Source: a virus (lineage: Duplodnaviria > Caudoviricetes). Taken from it: 50,822 bases of DNA. Below the pieces are notes generated by a model. The model was not told the origin of the DNA, did no database searches, and was given only the letters and a program-made list of their open reading frames with translations. The stretch spans positions 1 to 50,822 of IMG/VR virus record IMGVR_UViG_3300026302_000105. The stretch is one strand, 5' to 3'. The position numbers were made by a program, and so were the translations under genes. Shown here one piece after another: positions 44,647 through 50,822 of the stretch (the first letter of the stretch is position 1; each line of letters opens with the position of its first letter).

Positions 44647-45845
44647 CCCAGCACGCCATCGACCGCCTTGCCGAGCGCTTCCCGCGCTGCGAGCCGACCC
44701 GGGCCTTTCAGCAGATCCGGGATGCCGTCATCGCGAATGTCGGGCGCGTCGCCACCCCTGTCAGCGGCGGCGCGATCTACGAGGTCATGCTCCACAGCTA
44801 CGAGGTCGCGTTTCCCGTGGTCTCCGCGGACGGCGAAATCGTGACCGTGCTGGCCGAGGGCATGGAGGCGAACACCACCACCGGCCGCCTGACGATGGCG
44901 CGCGAGGGCTTGCCCAGCGGCGTCCACCAGATTGACGCCGAGGCCTACCACGCCGACCCCTGCCGCTTCCCTTCGCTGTCCTCGACCCTGGCGAAGAAGA
45001 TGCTGGGCCAGAGCCCCCTCCACGCATGGACGGACTGCGCGCGCCTCAATCCGACCTGGCAGCCGACGGAGAAAAAGACCTTCGACATTGGCCGTGCGGC
45101 GCACCGTGCGATCCTCGGCCGTGGCGCCGATTTCGTCGCGATCCCCGAGGACATGCTGTCCAGCAACGGCGCGGCCAGCACGAAGGCGGCGAAGGAGTTC
45201 ATCGAGGACTGCCGGTCCCGCGGCATCACGCCGCTCAAGGCCGCCGAGGTGGCGGAGATCGACGTGATGGCCGAGAAGATGGCCGTGCGCCTGAAGATGC
45301 TCGGCATCGACTTTGATCCGGCGCATTCCGAGGTCGCCGCCGTCGCCCAGATCGACGGGACCTGGTGCCGGATGATGGCCGACAACGCCCCTGTCGCCGA
45401 TCCGCGCTTCCTCTACGACCTGAAGACCTGCGAGAGCGCGGCGCCCGAGGCCTGCCAGCGCGCCGTGATGAACTACGGCTATGACGTGCAGGCCGCGCAT
45501 TACCTCGAAACCTGGCGCGCGGCGACGGGCGAAAGCCGAAAGTTCCGGTTCGTGTTCCAGGAGAAGACCGCCCCGCACGAGATCTGCATCGTGGAGCTGG
45601 GCGAGGACACGCTGAGCATGGCCTCGCGGAAGGTCGCCCGGGCCCGCGAGATGTGGGCGCACTGCCTCAAGGTCGGAAACTGGCCCGGCTATCCCCTCGG
45701 CGTTCAGAAGATCGAACTCCCCGAGTGGTTCCACGAACGCTGGGCGGAGCGCGAGAGCGTCGAGCAGGACTTCAAGGCCCGGACTGGCCGCGACGTGCTC
45801 GACGCGGCGCGCGCGTGGCAGGCGCCAGCCTCGGCCGCTGAATAA
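44643..45845 (+). CDS. RecE/exonuclease VIII-like PD-(D/E)xK nuclease (DUF3799) with N-terminal extra domain
   Basis: YHADP...LSST, GRAAH, E..., D..., YDLKT, YDVQAAHY, FRFVFQEK. Confidence 0.88.
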   Translation: MTQHAIDRLAERFPRCEPTRAFQQIRDAVIANVGRVATPVSGGAIYEVMLHSYEVAFPVVSADGEIVTVLAEGMEANTTTGRLTMAREGLPSGVHQIDAEAYHADPCRFPSLSSTLAKKMLGQSPLHAWTDCARLNPTWQPTEKKTFDIGRAAHRAILGRGADFVAIPEDMLSSNGAASTKAAKEFIEDCRSRGITPLKAAEVAEIDVMAEKMAVRLKMLGIDFDPAHSEVAAVAQIDGTWCRMMADNAPVADPRFLYDLKTCESAAPEACQRAVMNYGYDVQAAHYLETWRAATGESRKFRFVFQEKTAPHEICIVELGEDTLSMASRKVARAREMWAHCLKVGNWPGYPLGVQKIELPEWFHERWAERESVEQDFKARTGRDVLDAARAWQAPASAAE

Positions 45846-45865
45846 CACCCCCACAGGAGAAACCC

Positions 45866-46984
45866 ATGACCGCCCATATCCGCTTTATCCCCGTTGCCGA
45901 GATCAACGATCCGCTCACGCTGTCCATCGGGATCAGCGGCGGTTCCGGCACCGGCAAGACCTATTCCGCCCTCCTGATGGCCCGCGGCATCGCCGAGGGC
46001 ATGACCGGCCGGAAAGGCGCTCCCATTGGCTACGTCGATACCGAGAACCGCCGGGCGCTGCACTACAAGAGCGCGTTCCCCGAGATGATGCACTTCGATT
46101 TCAAGGCCACCGACGCAAAGGGTGATCTGGTTGGCTTCGGGCCGGAGCGCTGGATCGAGGTCATCGACGCGGGCGAGGCCGCTGGTCTGCCGGTGATGAT
46201 CCTGGACTCGTTTTCTCACGCCTGGGAAGGCGTCGGCGGGGTCTTGGACCTGCACGCCAAAACGCTGGACCGCCTGACCGGCGGTAACGACGCGCTGGCC
46301 GACAAGCGGTCGCAGCTCGCTTGGGCCGAGGTGAAGCCGCGCTATCGCCGGCTCATCGACCGGATCGTGCGCGCGAAGTGCCAGCTCATCATCTGCACCC
46401 GCGCCAAGCCCGTGATGCAAACCGGCTTCGGCCAGAACGCCAAGAATGCGCGAAAGACCAAGACCCGCCGCGAGGACGTTCCGTGGGATCCGGCGTCGGA
46501 CGGCGATCTGATGTTCGAGATGACGACGATGGTGATCCTCGACCCCTCGGCGCCGGGTTGCCCGGTCCACCAGATCAAGGTGGCGGACCAGTTCAAGGGG
46601 CTGCTGGACGCGCGCCGTCCGCTGGGCGTGGACACCGGGCTCAAGATGGCGGAGTGGGCGCGGGGCCAGGGTGATGCTCAGCGCCAGAAGGAAATCCTCG
46701 ACAACGCGCGCGCCGTCGCCCGCCGTGGCAAAGCCGCATTCCTGGAATGGTGGGGCAGCGAGGAGGGCAAGGCCCTGCGCACCACCGTTCGCCCGATCAT
46801 CGCCCAGCTGCAGCAGATCGCCGAGGAGGCTGATCAGGCCATGGCCGATGAAGAGGGCGATGATCCGTTCTTCAGCGCGCGGGCCGACGAGGACGACGCT
46901 GGCCCCACCGCGGAGCAGATCGCGGCGGCAGAGCGCGAGGCCATGGCCGAGATCGAGCAGCGGAACCGGGAGGCGGTGGAGTGA
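45866..46984 (+). CDS. Sak4-like AAA ATPase/recombinase
   Basis: GGSGTGKT Walker A, VDTEN, ILDSFSHAWEG.GG. Confidence 0.85.
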   Translation: MTAHIRFIPVAEINDPLTLSIGISGGSGTGKTYSALLMARGIAEGMTGRKGAPIGYVDTENRRALHYKSAFPEMMHFDFKATDAKGDLVGFGPERWIEVIDAGEAAGLPVMILDSFSHAWEGVGGVLDLHAKTLDRLTGGNDALADKRSQLAWAEVKPRYRRLIDRIVRAKCQLIICTRAKPVMQTGFGQNAKNARKTKTRREDVPWDPASDGDLMFEMTTMVILDPSAPGCPVHQIKVADQFKGLLDARRPLGVDTGLKMAEWARGQGDAQRQKEILDNARAVARRGKAAFLEWWGSEEGKALRTTVRPIIAQLQQIAEEADQAMADEEGDDPFFSARADEDDAGPTAEQIAAAEREAMAEIEQRNREAVE

Positions 46985-47292
46985 TGATGGCCGCGACCGA
47001 TGCCGAAGATGCAAACGAACCACTGGGCACCTGCGAAGGCTGCGCCAAGGCGATCCCCGAGGGCGCAGCCTATCACTACACCGCAGACGCCTGCTGGCTA
47101 TGCGCCGATTGCGCCCCGATGCTGAGCGATCTGGTCAGGCAGTGGGAGGAGATTGTTGCGGCCGAGCCGTTCAATCCCGGCGAAATCGACTGCGACAGCC
47201 CCGAGGAAATGCGGGCGTGGATCCGGGAGTACACGGCGGAAATCGAGAGGAACGGCGACCGCAAGGTCATGACCGGGGGTGCAGCATGGTGA
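46981..47292 (+). CDS. Zn-finger hypothetical protein
   Basis: CEGC...CADC. Confidence 0.7.
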   Translation: MMMAATDAEDANEPLGTCEGCAKAIPEGAAYHYTADACWLCADCAPMLSDLVRQWEEIVAAEPFNPGEIDCDSPEEMRAWIREYTAEIERNGDRKVMTGGAAW

Positions 47293-47930
47293 ACAAGCTG
47301 ACCCCGGAGCACATCGCCGAGCTGCACGCCGACCTCGGCCGGATCGCCGAGATGGACCGGACGATTGCCGTCCTGAATAGGATCCGCAGCACCCCTGCCA
47401 GCGCCGAGAATTTCGGCGGCGCCATCAACAAGGCGCTGGCAGGGATGGGCGAGCCCGATGCGCTCCCGGCAATTGAGCTCGGCCTCGCCGCCTTGGATGG
47501 CATCGAGACTTCGAACGGCTTTACCGAAAACGGGAATGTCTGGCGGTTCTGGGCGCAGGAAGCAAAGAAATACGCCGCCATTGCGAAGGCCAGACAGGTC
47601 GAGTGCGATGCTAAGGCGCAGGTCATCGCCGGGCTTGCGCGAGAGCGGGACGAGGCGAACGCGGATGCGGAGCGGCTGGCGGACGCGGTTTCGCTGACGG
47701 TCCGCACTGACAAACTGCGGGAAGCGTACCACGCACTACCAAACGAACACAGCCGGATCGGCAGCAAGCGCTCAAAGAAAAGCCACGCCAGAGACGCTTG
47801 GCTGCGCGCATTCAGGAAAGCCGCCAAGGCTTCAACCGAAGCCCTCACCGCCCACCGCGCCCGGAAGGAGGGGGAAAGGGATGACCGGAGCGGCACAAAT
47901 GAGGAAGGAGCGCATCGAGCGTCTTCTTGA
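47286..47930 (+). CDS. Hypothetical protein
   Basis: Start MVNKLT; mosaic composition. Confidence 0.65.
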   Translation: MVNKLTPEHIAELHADLGRIAEMDRTIAVLNRIRSTPASAENFGGAINKALAGMGEPDALPAIELGLAALDGIETSNGFTENGNVWRFWAQEAKKYAAIAKARQVECDAKAQVIAGLARERDEANADAERLADAVSLTVRTDKLREAYHALPNEHSRIGSKRSKKSHARDAWLRAFRKAAKASTEALTAHRARKEGERDDRSGTNEEGAHRASS

Positions 47931-48162
47931 AGAACTTGCCTATGAAGTCACACGAGGCGTTATGGAGCGCGAGATCGAACCGGACATTCATTTCCATAAA
48001 CTTTTCCCTTGCGTTGGTCGTGGAGACGACATGGCGCAACTGGAATTCCACGTCTGGCCCGCCTCGAAATCTACTGCTCCTGCCCGCTGGGATGGAAAGG
48101 CGAAACTTAGACTGATCGAAAGCGACAAAACCGCTCGGAAGGAGACTCCCCATGACCGCTGA
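47881..48162 (+). CDS. Hypothetical protein
   Basis: Purine-rich RBS; lower GC. Confidence 0.55.
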   Translation: MTGAAQMRKERIERLLEELAYEVTRGVMEREIEPDIHFHKLFPCVGRGDDMAQLEFHVWPASKSTAPARWDGKAKLRLIESDKTARKETPHDR

Positions 48163-48607
48163 CCTGTCGAACGAGGCGCTGGACGTACTTACAAAACGTC
48201 TTGGAGCCAAAGCCGATCTAGAAATGAAATATGGAGGCGACGACAGTCTCTACCGAGAAGCAAAGGACACCATCACCGCTCTGTGCGCCGAGAACGGGGT
48301 CTTGATAGACAAGCTGGAACTTGAGCGAGCTTTGACAGACGGGGCGCACCGCCGCGCCCTCACCGTCGAAGCCGCCAAAGCCGCAGCCCAAGCCGACTAC
48401 GAGCACCGCATCCTCGCCTCCCTAGAACCCAACCCCGCCGCGCACGCTGACGATGCCCTCGCAGCCGTGCGCCGGGAAGCGCGGGCCGAGGGGATGCGGA
48501 AGGCGGCTGATATTGCAGCGGCGAAGTGGGGATCTCTTGGCGGGGCGTGCGATGCCATCGCAGGGGCCATCCTCGCCGCCGCCGAGAAGGAAGCAAGCCA
48601 TGGCTGA
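48152..48607 (+). CDS. Hypothetical protein
   Basis: AAGGAG RBS; AAQADYEHRILASL motif. Confidence 0.7.
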   Translation: MTADLSNEALDVLTKRLGAKADLEMKYGGDDSLYREAKDTITALCAENGVLIDKLELERALTDGAHRRALTVEAAKAAAQADYEHRILASLEPNPAAHADDALAAVRREARAEGMRKAADIAAAKWGSLGGACDAIAGAILAAAEKEASHG

Positions 48608-49604
48608 CCGCACCCCCATCGAATGGGCCGATGCCACCTGGAACCCGATCATCGGCTGCAGCCGCGTGTCCGAGGGGTGCCGGAACTGCTATGCCGAGGT
48701 CATGGCCGCGCGGTTCAGCAAGCCGGGCCAGTGGGGCGAGGGGCTGGCGCAGATCGTGCGCAAGCCGGACGGCAGCGCGGATCACCGCTGGACCGGGAAG
48801 GTGCGATTCAATGAGCGCGCGCTGGACCAGCCCCTGCGCTGGCGCAAGCCGAGGCGGATCTTCGTCTGCTCGACCTCGGACCTGTTCCACGAGGGCGTGC
48901 CGGACGAGTGGCTGGACCGGGTGTTCGCGGTCATGGCGCTGGCGCCTTGGCACACCTTCATGGTGCTGACCAAGCGGCCCGAGCGGGCACGGGAATACCT
49001 GAACAGGCGCGACGAACGCGGGCGCTGGCCCGCCATGGATTACGCCGCGTTGATGGCCGCGACCGGCAGCTGGTCCACTCCCGCGCTGGATCTGCGCGAG
49101 GGCTGGCCCCTGCCCAACGTCTGGCTCGGCACCAGCATCGAGGACCAGGCGACCGCCGACGCCCGCATCCCGCACCTTCTGGCCACCGCGGCGGCGGTAC
49201 GGTTCGTCTCGGCCGAGCCGCTGCTGGGGCCGGTAGATCTCGGCGGCTACCTTCCCGACCTCGACTGTGGCGACGGCCTCGACCTCGTGATAGTCGGCGG
49301 GGAAAGCGGCCCGGGCGCGCGGCCGATGCACCCCGACTGGCCCCGCGCGCTGCGAGACCAGTGCGTCGCGGCTGGGACCGCGTTCTTCTTCAAGCAATGG
49401 GGGGAGTGGGCGCCAGCGGCTGGATGGTACGAAGACCATCAGGTTTCGCTGCCGTTGCGCGTTTGGGGGCCGAATGGATGGACCGACGATGGGCGCGTTG
49501 ACGGCGAATGGCTCGCCCGAGCCGGCAAGAAAGCAGCCGGTCGCCTGCTGGACGGGAAGGTCTGGGACCAGATGCCGGGGGGTGGGGATGGGCTCGATCG
49601 CTAA
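48600..49604 (+). CDS. Gp37/Gp68 (DUF5131) radical-SAM-like phage protein
   Basis: IEWADATWNP..GCSRVSEGCRNCYA, SDLFH, LTKRP, RFVSAEPLLG, GGESG, FFFKQWG. Confidence 0.92.
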   Translation: MADRTPIEWADATWNPIIGCSRVSEGCRNCYAEVMAARFSKPGQWGEGLAQIVRKPDGSADHRWTGKVRFNERALDQPLRWRKPRRIFVCSTSDLFHEGVPDEWLDRVFAVMALAPWHTFMVLTKRPERAREYLNRRDERGRWPAMDYAALMAATGSWSTPALDLREGWPLPNVWLGTSIEDQATADARIPHLLATAAAVRFVSAEPLLGPVDLGGYLPDLDCGDGLDLVIVGGESGPGARPMHPDWPRALRDQCVAAGTAFFFKQWGEWAPAAGWYEDHQVSLPLRVWGPNGWTDDGRVDGEWLARAGKKAAGRLLDGKVWDQMPGGGDGLDR

Positions 49605-49794
49605 GCTCGCCGTCAAGGACACCACGGCCGCCCAGATGCTGGACATGAGCCCGAAGGACTTTCGCGCGCTGGTCGAGGCCGGGGCGCTTCCCCCTGCCCT
49701 GCCGATCGGCGAGCATCAGCGCTGGCTTGTGGCCGATCTGGAGGCCATCATCACCGGCAAGAAGATCCGACCGGATACGGGGTTTGACCTGTGA
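49588..49794 (+). CDS. xis: Excisionase-like HTH protein
   Basis: AAQMLDMS..F..LV..G.LP......RW; coupled to the integrase. Confidence 0.75.
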   Translation: MGSIAKLAVKDTTAAQMLDMSPKDFRALVEAGALPPALPIGEHQRWLVADLEAIITGKKIRPDTGFDL

Positions 49795-50822
49795 AAAAGA
49801 CCGAACGCCCGCACCTGGTATGGCGAATGAGCGGCGGCCAGCGGCGCCCGTTTTTCAGGCTCCGCTGGCAGGAAAATGGCAAGATGCGCGCGCGAGAGGT
49901 GCTGATCCAGGCTGAGCCGGACACACCTGAATTCGACGCCGAATACTGGGCCTTGCGAGCGGGCCGGTCGCCGCGCCTGCAGGAGAAGGCATCGCAGACC
50001 ACCTGGGCAGTTCTGGCCCGGGAATATCGCAGCTCCGCCCGGTACCGGAAGCTGGCCGCTGGGACGCGGCGATCCTATGACCGGCACATCGAGGCGATCC
50101 TGGCGGCCAATGGCGAGCGCGAGGTTGCGTCTCTCACCCGCGCTCAGGTCCGCGCGGTGCATGCCAAGTATGCCGCGACACCTCGCAAGGCCGATTGGTA
50201 TGTCCAGATCATCAGCCTGCTGCTGAACTTCGCGAAGAACACGCTCGACTGGAAGGTGGAGAACGTGGCCGAGGGCATCGAGCTTTACGGCAAGCAGCGC
50301 GAGTTCGAGCCCTGGCCGGCATGGATGGTGGAAAAGCTGGACGAGGCGCCCGAGGTCGTGCGCACCGCGGCCGAGCTGATCCTCGGCACCGGCCAGCGCC
50401 CCAATGCGGCCATCACCATGGAGCGCGGGCAGTTCAGGGGCGAGTGGGTCGAGGTGCTTGACGAGAAGGGTGGCGAGCGATTCGAAATCTATTGCCACCC
50501 GAAGCTGCGCGCCTACGTCGAGGCCCTGCCGAAGCGCGGCCAGCACGTGCTGGCAAAGACGCTTCGCCAGCCCCTCGGCTACGACGCCATCGAGAAGGCG
50601 TTCCGCGCTTGGCGCACGGGGCTGGGCGCGAAGGCGAAGCCCTACTCGCTGCACGGCCTTCGCAAGGTCGCGATCATCCGGCTGGCCGAGGCCGGATGCA
50701 CTGACGCCCAGATCCAGGCCGTCACGAACCAGAGCGCCGAAATGGTGCGCTTCTACCGACAAAAGGCCTCGCGCAAGCGCCTGAGTCGCGCGGCGATCAC
50801 CAGGGGAACGGACGGTGAATGA
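49791..50822 (+). CDS. int: Tyrosine recombinase/integrase
   Basis: GTGQR, K, HGLRK, MVRFY catalytic motifs. Confidence 0.93.
   Translation: MKKTERPHLVWRMSGGQRRPFFRLRWQENGKMRAREVLIQAEPDTPEFDAEYWALRAGRSPRLQEKASQTTWAVLAREYRSSARYRKLAAGTRRSYDRHIEAILAANGEREVASLTRAQVRAVHAKYAATPRKADWYVQIISLLLNFAKNTLDWKVENVAEGIELYGKQREFEPWPAWMVEKLDEAPEVVRTAAELILGTGQRPNAAITMERGQFRGEWVEVLDEKGGERFEIYCHPKLRAYVEALPKRGQHVLAKTLRQPLGYDAIEKAFRAWRTGLGAKAKPYSLHGLRKVAIIRLAEAGCTDAQIQAVTNQSAEMVRFYRQKASRKRLSRAAITRGTDGE

Larger units (their letters stand above)
1..50822. mobile_element. Temperate prophage with lambdoid-like control/replication region and podovirus-type virion module
   Basis: Contiguous integrase, xis, cI/cro, replication, terminase, portal, capsid, ejection, tail and lysis genes. 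No tape-measure, sheath or tail-tube genes recognised. att core not identified in the window. Confidence 0.95.

Noticed and set aside
45113-45124. Partial late-motif matches (also ~25475 and ~36951)
   Set aside because: Only 8-9 nt GC-rich cores inside CDSs, without the -10 element or a nearby gene start; expected by chance.
1-50822. tRNA, rRNA, CRISPR arrays and att direct repeats
   Set aside because: None recognised by eye; the window ends exactly at terminal stop codons, so att sites probably lie outside.

Overview
The window is one apparently complete ~50.8 kb temperate prophage. It runs from an SRAP gene at the left end to a tyrosine integrase at the right end; att sites were not seen and probably lie just outside. 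The host is a high-GC alphaproteobacterium, probably Rhodobacteraceae, inferred from a GTTC-N7-GTTC LexA box, a DUF1376 initiator and a GcrA-like gene. Layout from left to right: an accessory left end (LexA-boxed SRAP cassette; acidic protein + HTH operon), lysis genes, tail fibre/spike genes, a low-GC DUF4145 moron, podovirus-type ejection and head genes, terminase, replication/methylase/RusA genes, a cro-cI switch with TGCA-N4-TGCA operators, and an early recombination arm with xis-int. Four observations stand out. (1) A 2698-aa ejection-type polyvalent protein carries an intact SNase nuclease, an Acb1-like 2H phosphodiesterase, an HExxH peptidase and LPD38. (2) An acr-aca-like operon. (3) Acb2/Tad1-like and other small genes lie between portal and scaffold. 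(4) A phage-specific late-promoter motif, TTTCGCCGCACG-N17-CATNNT, is repeated in front of structural genes. All family calls come from motif recognition by eye, not database searches.
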